Shown: positions 27,867 through 37,988, counted from the stretch's first letter. The stretch: 64,000 nt of DNA from an uncultured Acidimicrobiaceae bacterium (GCA_963699075.1 CAVOTF010000007.1:1342655-1406654), one strand, 5' to 3'. A program made the numbers and translations. The notes: a model not told the origin generated them from the sequence alone.

Positions 27867-29417
27867 TTAGTCTTCTGCCGGGTGGCCGCCGGCCGCTCGT
27901 TCGAGAGCCTGTCCCTCGTCGTGGCCATTACCGTCGTGGCCGTGGCCGTGGCCGTGACCGTCATGACCGTTACCTTCGTGGCCGTTACCGTCGTGGCCGT
28001 CGTGTGAGGCGCCGAGGGTGTGGTAGCCCCCGCGGGCGTCGCGGGTCATAATCCCGCCGACTGGCCGCTGGATCGGGTGCGCGTCAGTGTTCTTCAGAAG
28101 GACGCATGTCCTGTAGGCGACGACGCCCCCGATTATCGGTCCTATGAAGGAACCGTACTGCAGGATCTCGATCAGGAGCTCGAATGACATCTGAAGAGCG
28201 TTCCCGATCAGGTCGGTCGCGCTCGCGAGCGTCAGGTCGAAGAAGAACAGGAGGGCCGCTACGCCAATTGCTGTACGCAAGGGCTTGTCCCGGGGCCTGT
28301 CGAGAAGGTTGTGCTCTTCGTAGTCGCCAAAGAGCTTCTTGTCGATCCAAGGCCAGGCGTATATCACGTTGAAGACGATCCCAGGCAGGACGATGCCGGG
28401 GAAGAAGGGGTTGGGGATCTCGTGGCCGAAGCTTCGGAACTCCCAGTGCGGCCAGAGCCGCAGGCCGCCGTCGAGCCATCCGACGTACCAGTCGGGTTGG
28501 GTACCGGCGCTCGCCCGGGCTGCTTCGAACGGGCCGTAAACCCAGATGGGGTTTATCTGGATGAGACCGCCGAGACCGAATATCACTGCCGCTATGAACA
28601 TCAGCAATGCGGTGGACTTGATCATGTACTGAGGCCAAAGCCGGCTGCCGACGATGTTGTGCTCGGTCTTACCGGGCCCGGCGAAGTCTGTGTGCTTTTG
28701 GTGCCAGAGGATACCAAGGTGACCGCCCAGCAGGCCTGCGAGAGCCAATGGGAAAAGGAACTCATGGATGACGAACAACCTCGCGAAGAACTCGGTCCCC
28801 GGGAACGCCCCACCCCACACGTTGAAAGCAAGCCACGGGCCGACGAGAGGTATCGACTGCACAATCGAGAAGACCACCCGCAGACCGGACCCTGAGAGGA
28901 GGTCGTCGGGCAGAGAATACCCAGAGAAACCCTCGAGCATTGCGATAAGCAACAGGGTCACACCAATGACCCAGTTGATCTCGCGGGGACGGCGGAACGC
29001 TCCCGTGAAAAATACCCGGCACATATGGAACGCGACTGCGGCCATGAATATGTTCGCGGCCCAGTGGTGAGCCTGTCGCATTACGAGGCCCGCCCGCACG
29101 CTGAACGAGATGTTGAGCGTCGATGCGAACGCCTCGGTCATGGACTGGCCGTCGAGGGGCTTGTAAGGCCCGTGGTAAATCACTATCGCATCGGAGGCCT
29201 TGTAGAACAGCGCCAGGTAGATACCCGTCACAATCAACAAAATGAAGCAGTACATGGCGATCTCGCCGACCATGAACGACCAATGGTCCGGGAAGATCTT
29301 GTCAAGTGCCGAACGAACCCAAGTGGACGAGCCGAGGCGGTCGTCCGCCCAGTCCAGTAAATCCTGTTCGCGCTTGGCCCTCTTTCGGGCAGCCGAACGC
29401 TCGGCCACGGTGCTCAC
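27867..29417 (-). CDS. qcrB: Cytochrome bc1 complex cytochrome b subunit, with His-rich C-terminal tail
   Basis: 516 aa. Cytochrome b N-terminal heme-ligand region (...QAHHWAANIFMAAVAFHMCRVFFTGAFRRPRE...), multi-TM. Last gene of ctaE-qcrCAB. Confidence 0.9.
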   Translation of the reverse strand: MSTVAERSAARKRAKREQDLLDWADDRLGSSTWVRSALDKIFPDHWSFMVGEIAMYCFILLIVTGIYLALFYKASDAIVIYHGPYKPLDGQSMTEAFASTLNISFSVRAGLVMRQAHHWAANIFMAAVAFHMCRVFFTGAFRRPREINWVIGVTLLLIAMLEGFSGYSLPDDLLSGSGLRVVFSIVQSIPLVGPWLAFNVWGGAFPGTEFFARLFVIHEFLFPLALAGLLGGHLGILWHQKHTDFAGPGKTEHNIVGSRLWPQYMIKSTALLMFIAAVIFGLGGLIQINPIWVYGPFEAARASAGTQPDWYVGWLDGGLRLWPHWEFRSFGHEIPNPFFPGIVLPGIVFNVIYAWPWIDKKLFGDYEEHNLLDRPRDKPLRTAIGVAALLFFFDLTLASATDLIGNALQMSFELLIEILQYGSFIGPIIGGVVAYRTCVLLKNTDAHPIQRPVGGIMTRDARGGYHTLGASHDGHDGNGHEGNGHDGHGHGHGHDGNGHDEGQALERAAGGHPAED

Positions 29418-29460
29418 GACCGTCCCACCCCCTGGAGCCTCAACCGAGAGCCGCCCACGC

Positions 29461-30465
29461 TCAGTCGCCTGACCTGTTCCAGAAGCCTGGCCCGATTGGC
29501 TCGATGAAATCGCTCATTGCGATCAGGTAGCCGTCAGGGCGGACGCCGAGAGGTAACTGCGGTAGCGGCCTCGGGGCCGGTCCGAACACCGGAGCGGCGT
29601 CCTGAAGGATGTTGAACGTCGATTGATGGCACGGGCAGATGAGCTGCATCGACAAGACGTTGAACAAGCTGACGGCACACCCGGCGTGAGTGCAGATCTT
29701 CGAGAAGGCGACTATCCCGTTCGCTCCGGAGATGACCTCGAAGCCGGCCTGGCCACGGCGCGCTTTGATCGGGTCTCCCCCGATGTTGAGCAGGACAACC
29801 GGAGAGGTCGGGTCGTCAATGTACCCCTCGGGGAAGACCGTCATGATCCCGTCGACCATGATGTCGTCCACGTGCATGGCGACGTTGTCTTCAGTGACAA
29901 GCCTGGCGCCTGCGTACCACTTGGTGTGGTACAGAGCCCGTCCCGGACGTACGCCGAGCGAAGCGAGGGGGAAGATCGCAGCGAGCCCGAAGATGCCGCC
30001 TACGGGCACGAGCACCTTCTTCACAAGGAAGCCACGCCGCGACATCATGGCGTCGGTCCCGCGAGAAAGCGACTCGACCACGGCGGCTCGTTCCTCCGGG
30101 CTCGAGGTGCGGTGCTCGATCCCCCGGCTGGCCGTGACGTCGTGGCCCGGGAGCAGGTTGCGAGCCCACAACAACAGCCCGATCCCGAGAAGCCCGAAAC
30201 CGACGAGCAGCAACAGCCCTTCGATCTGGGCCTGGCCGCCCAAGCAGTAAACAATCGCGAGCCCGACGCCGCACAGCGCCGCGTTTACCCAAAGAAAGGC
30301 AATGAAGTACTCCATCCGCTTCGCCCGGAACGGGTCGTCGCGCAGCGGGTACCAGGTGTCGTCCTGGTCGGGAGGGACGTCATCGGGCCAGGGCGTGCCC
30401 TCGCCGGCACCATCCTCAGCTGAGTGGGTGCCTGTGAATATCTTCGGTGACTCAGTCGCAGTCAT
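29461..30465 (-). CDS. qcrA: Cytochrome bc1 complex Rieske iron-sulfur subunit
   Basis: Rieske boxes CTHAGC and CPCHQSTF, with N-terminal TM helices. Confidence 0.9.
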   Translation of the reverse strand: MTATESPKIFTGTHSAEDGAGEGTPWPDDVPPDQDDTWYPLRDDPFRAKRMEYFIAFLWVNAALCGVGLAIVYCLGGQAQIEGLLLLVGFGLLGIGLLLWARNLLPGHDVTASRGIEHRTSSPEERAAVVESLSRGTDAMMSRRGFLVKKVLVPVGGIFGLAAIFPLASLGVRPGRALYHTKWYAGARLVTEDNVAMHVDDIMVDGIMTVFPEGYIDDPTSPVVLLNIGGDPIKARRGQAGFEVISGANGIVAFSKICTHAGCAVSLFNVLSMQLICPCHQSTFNILQDAAPVFGPAPRPLPQLPLGVRPDGYLIAMSDFIEPIGPGFWNRSGD

Positions 30466-30468
30466 GGC

Positions 30469-31311
30469 CTACCCACGGTTCCCTATCAACCTCGAACAAA
30501 GCAGCAGTACCCCGAGCCCGAAGATGACCCCGACAAAGCCCTCCGGGACTGGGCCGAAGTGAGCGATCCCCAGCCCGCCGGGGTCCGGGGTATGGCCCAG
30601 GTAATAGACGTAGTCAGCTATCGCAGAAACCTGCTGGTCGGTGAACTGGCCGGGGCCAAAGTTCGGCATCGGCCGCGGGCCGACCCGGATCGCCTCGCCA
30701 ACCTGGGTGCGCGTCGCTTGCCGCAGGCTGGGCACTATGTAGCCGTGGCTGAGCAGCCCGCCCGAACCAGATGCGTCGTGGCACTGTGCGCAGTTCATCA
30801 TGAACAGCGCGTTGCCTTCCGACAAGGTCGGGCAACTTGCGGTCTCGTTGTTGCACGCTGGCGTGATGTCGGGGATGCCAGGCCCGGGCGTACCATGCTC
30901 AATGTCGAGGGCGTTTACGTAAGCAACGATGTCAGCAATCTGTCCATTGCTGAAAAATGGCCTGCTGCTGGTCGGCTCGAGGTTTGGCGAGCTGAGAGGC
31001 ATCCGGCCGGTGGAAACGAAAAAGTCCACGGCGGCCGCCCCGACGTCGAGCAGTTCCGGGCCCTTCCCGCCGATGCCTCCCACACCGTGGCAGGCGGCGC
31101 AGTGCTGGTCGAACAGCGTCTGGCCCGCCTGGATGCTGACTGGGCTCAGGGTTACAGGCTTCATCTGGGCAGGAGCGTTGGCGGTCCAAAACAGCACCGC
31201 GAACATTGCCATTGCCGCCCCGACCAGAGCCGCAGGCCCGACGAGCGCGTGGCGCAACCGGCTGCCGGAAGGGTTCTTGGGCTTGCTGGCCAGGAGCTTC
31301 TTGGTCGTCAT
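30469..31311 (-). CDS. qcrC: Cytochrome bc1 complex diheme cytochrome c subunit
   Basis: Two CxxCH motifs (CAACHG, CAQCHD) and a C-terminal TM anchor. Confidence 0.9.
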   Translation of the reverse strand: MTTKKLLASKPKNPSGSRLRHALVGPAALVGAAMAMFAVLFWTANAPAQMKPVTLSPVSIQAGQTLFDQHCAACHGVGGIGGKGPELLDVGAAAVDFFVSTGRMPLSSPNLEPTSSRPFFSNGQIADIVAYVNALDIEHGTPGPGIPDITPACNNETASCPTLSEGNALFMMNCAQCHDASGSGGLLSHGYIVPSLRQATRTQVGEAIRVGPRPMPNFGPGQFTDQQVSAIADYVYYLGHTPDPGGLGIAHFGPVPEGFVGVIFGLGVLLLCSRLIGNRG

Positions 31312-31343
31312 TCAGCTGGGCCGTCGTGGTTCATTTGGCATGC

Positions 31344-31967
31344 TCATTTGGTCGATGGGAGGAGCCAGATCATTGCGTAAAGGCCGATCCACACCACGTC
31401 TACGAAGTGCCAGTAGTAAGAGAGCATCTCGACTTGCGGGGTACTGCGGTGGCCGCCGAAGCGGATCCGCGGGTTGAGCGAACGCAGGTACATAAAGATC
31501 ATGGCCGCAAGCCCGCCCAGGACGTGCAGGAAGTGAACGCCGGTAAGGACGTAGAAGGACCCGCTGAAGGCGCTCTGCTGGAGCGCGAAGTTACGGGTGG
31601 CGTAGTCGACGACCTGCATTCCCTCGAAGATGGCCCCGAGAGCCCACGTGAAGGCTAGCCAGGCCCGGAACTCCGCCAGCCTGTTGCGGTGGACCGCCCT
31701 CACTGCGAACTGCATCGTCCCCGACGAAAGCACGAGGACAACGGTCGCGACTCCGACGGTCTTGGCATCCACCACGTCGTGGAAGGGCGGCCAGACCACC
31801 GTCGCCGATCGCAACGTCAAGTAGGCCGCAAATAGCCCACTGAAGAACATCAGCTCCGAGGCAAGCCAGACAATCGTGCCGACGTTTACCAGCGCCGGCC
31901 GGTACTCCGCGGGCTTCAGCGGCTTTGCAGGGCTGGAGGGAGGGCTGGCAGTCGTGATGGCTGTCAT
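31344..31967 (-). CDS. ctaE: Cytochrome c oxidase subunit III
   Basis: 207 aa, multi-TM, ...GVHFLHVLGG...SYYWHFVDVVWIGLY... Confidence 0.9.
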   Translation of the reverse strand: MTAITTASPPSSPAKPLKPAEYRPALVNVGTIVWLASELMFFSGLFAAYLTLRSATVVWPPFHDVVDAKTVGVATVVLVLSSGTMQFAVRAVHRNRLAEFRAWLAFTWALGAIFEGMQVVDYATRNFALQQSAFSGSFYVLTGVHFLHVLGGLAAMIFMYLRSLNPRIRFGGHRSTPQVEMLSYYWHFVDVVWIGLYAMIWLLPSTK

Positions 31968-32045
31968 GACCCTTACTTTCTAGTCAAAGCGGCGGGCCGA
32001 TCCCAATCGCGCCACCGCCCGAGCGGGGACGCGTACCGTCAAGGG

Positions 32046-32077
32046 GGCGGACGTGGATGAGGCGGACGTGGATGAGG
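32046..32077. repeat. Tandem direct duplication, 2 x 15 nt (GGCGGACGTGGATGA)
   Basis: Read directly: copies at 32046-32060 and 32061-32075 are identical. Located in the ctaE/queF divergent intergenic region. Confidence 0.85.
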
Positions 32078-32111
32078 ACTGACAACCGAGCGTGGCGCAT
32101 ACGCTTGCCGA

Positions 32112-32594
32112 GTGACCATAGCACCGCGCCTCGGGGCTCTCGGGAACCCGACCGAGTACCGCTACGACGATCCAGACGCCAGTGTGCTCGAGACCTTCGA
32201 CAACCCCTACCCCAGGTCGGCCTGGGTGGTGGCACTGCTTTGCAACGAGTTCACCACACTGTGCCCCGTGACCGGTCAGCCCGACTTCGGCCGGCTCCGG
32301 GTGGAGTACGTCCCGGCTGGTCTTTGTGTGGAGAGCAAGAGCCTGAAGCTGTACCTGATGCGGTACCGCAACGAGGGCACGTTCCACGAAGCCTGCGTCA
32401 ACCGGGTCGCCGATGACCTCTGCTCCAGGCTTTCGCCCAGGTACCTACGTGTGTACGGCGATTTCAACGCACGAGGCGGCATCGCGATAAAGCCGCTAGC
32501 GGTCAGGCCTGCCCCTAACCTCTCCCAGGCCGAGGAGGCGAGTTGCTTGGACTTGCTCAGCCAGGCGAGCGCCTTCGAACGGCTGCCCGAGTGA
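32112..32594 (+). CDS. queF: NADPH-dependent 7-cyano-7-deazaguanine reductase
   Basis: ...LETFDNPYP...NEFTTLCPVTGQPDFGRLRVEYVP...ESKSLKLYLMRYRNEGTFHE... Confidence 0.9.
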   Translation: MTIAPRLGALGNPTEYRYDDPDASVLETFDNPYPRSAWVVALLCNEFTTLCPVTGQPDFGRLRVEYVPAGLCVESKSLKLYLMRYRNEGTFHEACVNRVADDLCSRLSPRYLRVYGDFNARGGIAIKPLAVRPAPNLSQAEEASCLDLLSQASAFERLPE

Positions 32595-32622
32595 GCTCGA
32601 CAAGTACGGCCGGCGCCTCCCT

Positions 32623-33258
32623 ATGACTTACCTTGTGAAGTCGATCTTCTTCACCCTTCAGGGGGAGGGGTACAACACGGGGACTCCCGCAGTTTTCTGC
32701 CGGTTCGCCGGATGCAACCTCTGGACCGGCCAAGAGAAGCACCGTTCGACGGCGACCTGCCAGTTCTGCGATACCGACTTCGTCGGGACTGACGGCCCCG
32801 GGGGGGGCCACTTCAAAACTGCGGCCGCGCTGGCGCGTGCCGTCGAGTCCACTTGGGTCCCACGGTCATCTGAGCACCGCTTCGTCGTATGCACGGGTGG
32901 TGAACCCTTGCTCCAACTCGATAACGAACTCGTCGAAGCCTTTCACGAACGTGATTTCAAGATCGCGATAGAAACAAATGGTACACGCGAACCTCCTGGC
33001 GACATCGACTGGATCTGCGTAAGCCCCAAAGCAGGTGCGCACCTCGTCCTGCACCGTGGCAACGAGCTCAAGCTCGTTTTTCCCCAGCCTTTCCTTGGCC
33101 CCAGCCAAGTCGAGCAGCTCGATTTCGAGCACTTCTTCCTGCAACCGATGGACGGCCCCGCTAGGGATGCCAACACTGCCCTGGCGGTTGAGTACTGCCT
33201 CGAACACCCACGCTGGCGTCTCAGCCTTCAGACCCATAAGTACCTCGGGATCGCGTGA
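32623..33258 (+). CDS. queE: 7-carboxy-7-deazaguanine synthase (radical SAM)
   Basis: SIFFTLQGEGYNTGTPAVFCRFAGCNLWTG...CDTDF... Confidence 0.9.
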   Translation: MTYLVKSIFFTLQGEGYNTGTPAVFCRFAGCNLWTGQEKHRSTATCQFCDTDFVGTDGPGGGHFKTAAALARAVESTWVPRSSEHRFVVCTGGEPLLQLDNELVEAFHERDFKIAIETNGTREPPGDIDWICVSPKAGAHLVLHRGNELKLVFPQPFLGPSQVEQLDFEHFFLQPMDGPARDANTALAVEYCLEHPRWRLSLQTHKYLGIA

Positions 33259-33618
33259 ATGGAAATATTCAAAGAGTTCGGCTTCGAGGCTGCTCACCGC
33301 CTGCCGAACGTCCCCAAAGAACACAAATGCGCCCGGTTGCACGGACATTCGTTCCGGGTGGTACTCCACGTCGACGGCGCTTTAGGCGGTTCGACCGGCT
33401 GGGTGATGGATTTTGCCGATATTTCAGGCTCTTTCCAACCCCTCCTGGACCGCCTGGACCATAACTACCTAAACGAGGTCGAAGGTCTCGAGAACCCGAC
33501 GAGCGAGCACCTGGCAGTGTGGATCTGGGACCGCCTAATTGGCTCGCTCCACGGGCTCTCCCAGGTCGTGGTGTTCGAAACCTGCAACGCCGGGTGCATA
33601 TACCGCGGCCCGCGGTGA
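33259..33618 (+). CDS. queD: 6-carboxy-5,6,7,8-tetrahydropterin synthase
   Basis: MEIFKEFGFEAAHRLPNVPKEHKCARLHGHSFRV... ATG immediately follows the queE stop. Confidence 0.9.
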   Translation: MEIFKEFGFEAAHRLPNVPKEHKCARLHGHSFRVVLHVDGALGGSTGWVMDFADISGSFQPLLDRLDHNYLNEVEGLENPTSEHLAVWIWDRLIGSLHGLSQVVVFETCNAGCIYRGPR

Positions 33619-33658
33619 GCCCTCGGACGACAGCGGCGCGTTGAAGAACACGTGCTGA

Positions 33659-35400
33659 GTGCGGTCATACGCCGCTAGCGTTCTCTTGGTGCCTGTATCC
33701 CACAAATCGACCGCTCTGTGCTTGGCCACCCTCGGCGTGGTGATGGTGACCATCAACCAGTCGATCCTGCTCATCTCCCTGCCCGACATGTTCCGGGGCA
33801 TCCATCTCAACCCGCTCGCCCCTGCCAATGTGTCCTACTTCTTGTGGGTACTGATGGGCTTCCTCTTGGTGACCGCGGTCCTCGTCGTGAGCCTTGGCCG
33901 GGTCGGCGACATCTACGGCCGGGTCAAGATGTTCAACCTCGGCTTCGCGGTGTTCACGTTTTTTTCCATCCTGTTGTCCGCCAGCTTCCTGACAGGTGTG
34001 GCGGGCGTCCTTTGGATCATCGTGCTCCGGGTCTTCCAAGGCGTCGGTGGGGCGTTGCTGTTCGCCAACTCCACTGCCATCATCACAGACGCCTTCCCGC
34101 CCGGCGAGCGGGGCCGGGCCATGGGTATCGCCGGTGTGGGCGCAGTGAGCGGCTCGTTCCTCGGGCTCATCCTCGGCGGCGTACTGGCCCCGATCGAATG
34201 GCGGCTGGTGTTCGTCGTTTCAGTCCCGTTCGGGCTGGTCGGCACCATTTGGGGGTACCGGGGGCTGCAGGACACTGGCGTGCGGGTCCCCGCCAAGATC
34301 GACTGGCTGGGCAACGCCACCTTTCGCGGTTGGGCTGGTCGCCTTGCTGACAGGCATTGTGTACTCACTGCTTCCTCACGGAGGGCACCCCACGGGATGG
34401 ACGAACCCTTGGGTCCTTGCCGGAGTGTTCGGGGGCATCGCGGTCCTCGGCCTGTTCGTTTGGGTCGAGACGAAGGTGCCCGCCCCCATGTTCCGCCTGG
34501 AGCTGTTCCGGATCCGCGCGTTCGTCATGGGCAACCTCGCCGGGCTGATGGCGGCGCTCGGTCGCGGTGGGCTCCAGTTCATGCTCGTGATCTGGCTGCA
34601 GGGGATCTGGCTACCCCAGCACGGGTACAGCTTCAATCGCACCCCGCTCTGGGCGGGTATCTACATGATCCCGCTGACATTCGGCTTCTTCCTCGGCCCG
34701 TTCTCGGGCAGCTTGTCGGACCGTTACGGCTCGAGGTTGTTGACCAGTGTCGGCTTGACGCGTGTCGGGATCAGCGTTCCTGCTGATCGAGTTGCTGCCC
34801 ATGAACTTCAACTACATCTGGTTCGCCCTTCTGCTGTTCCTGTTCGGCATGGGCATGGGCCTGTTCTTCTCCCCGAACCAGGCGGCGATTATGAACAGCC
34901 TTCCCCCAGACCAGCGCGGAGGCGGGGCCGGCATGAACATGACCTTTTTCAACTCGGCCACCGTGCTGTCCATGGGCCTGTTCTTTACGATCGTGACCCT
35001 CGGCTTGGCTGCCGAGCTACCTTCCCACATGTTCAACGGGCTGACGGCCGCGGGCATCAACCCGACCGCCGCCCATGTCGTGGCCAACGAACCGCCCATC
35101 GGCAGCCTCTTCTCCGCGTTCCTCGGCTACAACCCCATCCAAGAGCTGCTCGGCCCGACGGGCGCCCTTCGGCACCTGTCGGCCCACCAAGTCGCTTTCG
35201 TGACGAGCCGGTCGTTCTTCCCCAAGCTCATCGAGCAACCGTTCGCCCACGGGCTGCACCTCGCGTTCGCCCTTGCTGCCGTGGCGGCGGGGATCGGCGT
35301 GGCCGCCTCTGCCATGATGGGCCGGCGCTACGTCCACGCTGAGCCGCAGAAGTCAGACGTAGTGCCCGCCCCGCTCGCAGAGGCGGGCGTACGCGCCTGA
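33659..35400 (+). CDS. MFS transporter (DHA2/EmrB-QacA-like, ~14 TM); split into three frames by two apparent 1-nt indels
   Basis: ORFs 33659-, 34344- and 34762-35400 carry consecutive TM segments of one MFS protein. The joins are ...KIDWLGNATF | AVGLVALLTGIVYSLL... and ...SDRYGSRLLTSVGL.. | ..SAFLLIELLPMNFNYIWFALLLFLFGMGMG... Frames run 2, 3, 1. Confidence 0.8.
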
Positions 35401-35413
35401 AAGGACCGTTACC

Positions 35414-35782
35414 GTGGACCAGGCCGAATATGTGCAAGCCGCGAGGGCGGTCCAAGAGGCCAACATGGCGAAGATCGGCCGGCGTTACCTGGGGAGCAGG
35501 CGGACCATTAGGTTGCTCGCGGAGATGGCCCGCCAAATCGAAACTGAACTGAGGTCCCTCGATCCTCCCGCCGAGGACGCTGCCGCAATCGAAGAGCATT
35601 TCATCCGTCCATGGTCGGAGTACGCAAGGTTCCTATCGGCAATGGCGGACGCACGGGCCCCTCGATTACTTGGCCCCACCGGCACTCGCAGGTTCCTGGC
35701 CGAAGCCCCGGGCGCTCCCCGGGACCGGCAGGAAGACATCGACTTCTGCAACGCCTACGGTCTAGGAGACCCTGACACCTGA
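35414..35782 (+). CDS. Hypothetical protein
   Basis: 122-aa ORF with coding-like composition. No recognisable family. Confidence 0.4.
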   Translation: MDQAEYVQAARAVQEANMAKIGRRYLGSRRTIRLLAEMARQIETELRSLDPPAEDAAAIEEHFIRPWSEYARFLSAMADARAPRLLGPTGTRRFLAEAPGAPRDRQEDIDFCNAYGLGDPDT

Positions 35783-35842
35783 TCGCAACCCGACTTGGGG
35801 GGATAGGGCGAAACGTCCGTCCGCGGGACGGGTTTCGTGCCG

Positions 35843-36754
35843 TCAGGCGAAACCCGCCCCGGGACGAACGGGTTCGCTCGAGCCAGGTTGCTCAGGGGCG
35901 TACTTCACTTCCCACAGGCAGAGGCCGTGCGGTGGGGCAATCGGGCACGCGGCTGAGCGGTTGCGAGCGGCGAGGACACCCGTGAGCTCGCCGGCCTTGC
36001 GTCGACCGACGCCGACTTCGACCAACAGGCCGACGACGGAACGGACCATCTGGTGGCAGAACGAGACCGCCTCGATCTCGAAGCACAGTCGCTCGCCGCG
36101 AAGGTCAGACCATTCGGCGCGAAGGACCCGCCGGACAAGCGGCGCCGGGTTGCCACGCACCGCGTGACAGAACGAGGAAAAGTCGTGCTCGCCGAGCAGG
36201 ACATCGCTTGCCATCTCCATGGCGCGGAGGTCGAGGCATCTCCCCAGGTGCCACGTCGTAGCGGCATCGAGCGGGTCGGGCCACTGCGAGCACAGCAAGT
36301 TGTAGCGGTAAACCCGCGAGAGCGCGGAGCGTCGGGCATCGAAGCTTTCAGGTGCCCATGTTGCTTCGCGCACGACGATCGTCGGGGCGAGCATCTTGTT
36401 GATGGACCGCTGAAGGCGCGCCAGGTCGGCGCCAGGGTTGACGTCGAGGGTCACCACCTGGCCCCAAGCGTGCACGCCGGAGTCGGTGCGGCCGGCGCAT
36501 GTGAGTGCGACCGGGTGGCGCAGGACCCGCTCGAGGGCCGCGCCGAGGGCGCTGGCTACCGTATAGGTGCCGGCCTGAAGTGCGAACCCGTGGTACGGCG
36601 CACCGAGGTAGGCGACGAGCAGCCGGAGGCGGCGCCTCGGCTCTACTGCTTCCAGGGGTGCTACGAGCGCAGTCGGCTCAGACGAGCTCGATGCGGGCCA
36701 TTGGGGCGTTGTCGCCTTGCCTTGGCCCGAGCTTGAGGATCCGGGTATAGCCAC
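35843..36754 (-). CDS. truA: tRNA pseudouridine(38-40) synthase TruA
   Basis: LRLLVAYLGAPYHGFALQ...CAGRTDSGVHAWGQVV... The start is uncertain: ATG 36754 would overlap rplQ by 77 nt. Confidence 0.85.
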   Translation of the reverse strand: MAIPGSSSSGQGKATTPQWPASSSSEPTALVAPLEAVEPRRRLRLLVAYLGAPYHGFALQAGTYTVASALGAALERVLRHPVALTCAGRTDSGVHAWGQVVTLDVNPGADLARLQRSINKMLAPTIVVREATWAPESFDARRSALSRVYRYNLLCSQWPDPLDAATTWHLGRCLDLRAMEMASDVLLGEHDFSSFCHAVRGNPAPLVRRVLRAEWSDLRGERLCFEIEAVSFCHQMVRSVVGLLVEVGVGRRKAGELTGVLAARNRSAACPIAPPHGLCLWEVKYAPEQPGSSEPVRPGAGFA

Positions 36755-37040
36755 CAGATCGTTCAGCGTAACGGGGCGCTATGTCGGCGAAAAGCTTGTG
36801 AGCCATGTCCTTGTCGCGGATGAACGCAACGACCTGGCGCTGGTGGTCGACACCGCCCTTTTTGGCCTTCGTCAAGCACTTCTCGAAGACAGGGCGCAAC
36901 GCCTTGGCCTTCGCCTCCGTTGTCACGAGGCCTTCGCCGGCTATCAGCGAAGCCACGAGGTTGCCCATCATGGCCTTCTGGTGAGCGGCGTCGCCGCCGA
37001 AGCGGCGGCCCTTCTTGGGACGACCCGGGATGCCCGACAC
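36678..37040 (-). CDS. rplQ: 50S ribosomal protein L17
   Basis: ...GGYTRILKLGPRQGDNAPMARIELV. Follows rpoA. Confidence 0.9.
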   Translation of the reverse strand: MSGIPGRPKKGRRFGGDAAHQKAMMGNLVASLIAGEGLVTTEAKAKALRPVFEKCLTKAKKGGVDHQRQVVAFIRDKDMAHKLFADIAPRYAERSGGYTRILKLGPRQGDNAPMARIELV

Positions 37041-37043
37041 TTG

Positions 37044-37988
37044 TTATTGCCCCTGCTTCCCACGCAGCGAGAGGCCGCGCTCGTCGAGCTTCTGGAGGAC
37101 CTCGTCGAGAGACTTCTGGCCGAAGTTGGTTATTGCCAGCAGGTCGTCCTCGGTCTTGGAGACGAGCTCGCCGACGGTGTTGATCTGAGCTCTCTTAAGG
37201 CAGTTCCGGGGCCGCTCGGACAGGTCGAGCTCCTCGATGGGCAAGTCCAGGTCCGGCGAGCCGCTACCGGCGCCGGCGATCTCGCCGAGGACCAGGCCCT
37301 GGGGGGACTCGCTCATTTCGGCAACCAGGCCCAGCAACGAGCGCAAGGTGCTCCCGGCGGATGCGAGGGCTTCCTTCGGGGTTATCGACCCGTCAGTGGT
37401 GATGTCCAGGACGAGGCGGTCGTAGTTTGTCGACTGCTCGACCCGGGCCGGCTCGACAGAGAACGAGACCAGACGGATGGGGGAGAAGATGGAGTCGACC
37501 GGGATGATACCGATCGTGGAGGACCGCTTGTTGCGCTCGGCGGCCACATAGCCCCGCCCTCTTTCCACCGTAATGTCGCACGCCAGGCGGCCCTTGGCGT
37601 TGAGCGTGGCCAGGACCAGGTCCTGATTGAGGATCTCCACATCGGCGGTGGTTTGGATCTCGCCGGCCGTCACTGTGCCCGGGCCTCTCGAGTCGAGCCG
37701 GAGCGTCACGGACTCGTCGGTGTCGACCAGAAGGACGATGTCCTTCAGGTTGAGGATGATGTCGGTGATGTCTTCCTTGATGCCCGGCAGCGTCGTGAAC
37801 TCGTGGAGCGCATCGTCGAAGCGGACCTGAGTCACCGCTGCGCCGGGTACCGACGACAGCAGCGTCCGGCGCAGCGACACACCAAGGGTGTGGCCAAATC
37901 CGGGCTCCAAAGGCCCTATTGCGAAGCGCTGGCGATTGTCCTCTTCCTCTCCGAGCGGTTCGACTGCTGGGCGTTGGATAATAAGCAT
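37044..37988 (-). CDS. rpoA: DNA-directed RNA polymerase alpha subunit
   Basis: 314 aa with an N-terminal dimerisation domain and the alpha-CTD (...ERPRNCLKRAQINTVGELV...). Confidence 0.95.
   Translation of the reverse strand: MLIIQRPAVEPLGEEEDNRQRFAIGPLEPGFGHTLGVSLRRTLLSSVPGAAVTQVRFDDALHEFTTLPGIKEDITDIILNLKDIVLLVDTDESVTLRLDSRGPGTVTAGEIQTTADVEILNQDLVLATLNAKGRLACDITVERGRGYVAAERNKRSSTIGIIPVDSIFSPIRLVSFSVEPARVEQSTNYDRLVLDITTDGSITPKEALASAGSTLRSLLGLVAEMSESPQGLVLGEIAGAGSGSPDLDLPIEELDLSERPRNCLKRAQINTVGELVSKTEDDLLAITNFGQKSLDEVLQKLDERGLSLRGKQGQ

Noticed and set aside
31968-32111. preQ1 riboswitch upstream of queF
   Set aside because: I could not find the conserved preQ1-I/II sequence features. This needs a covariance-model scan to be certain.
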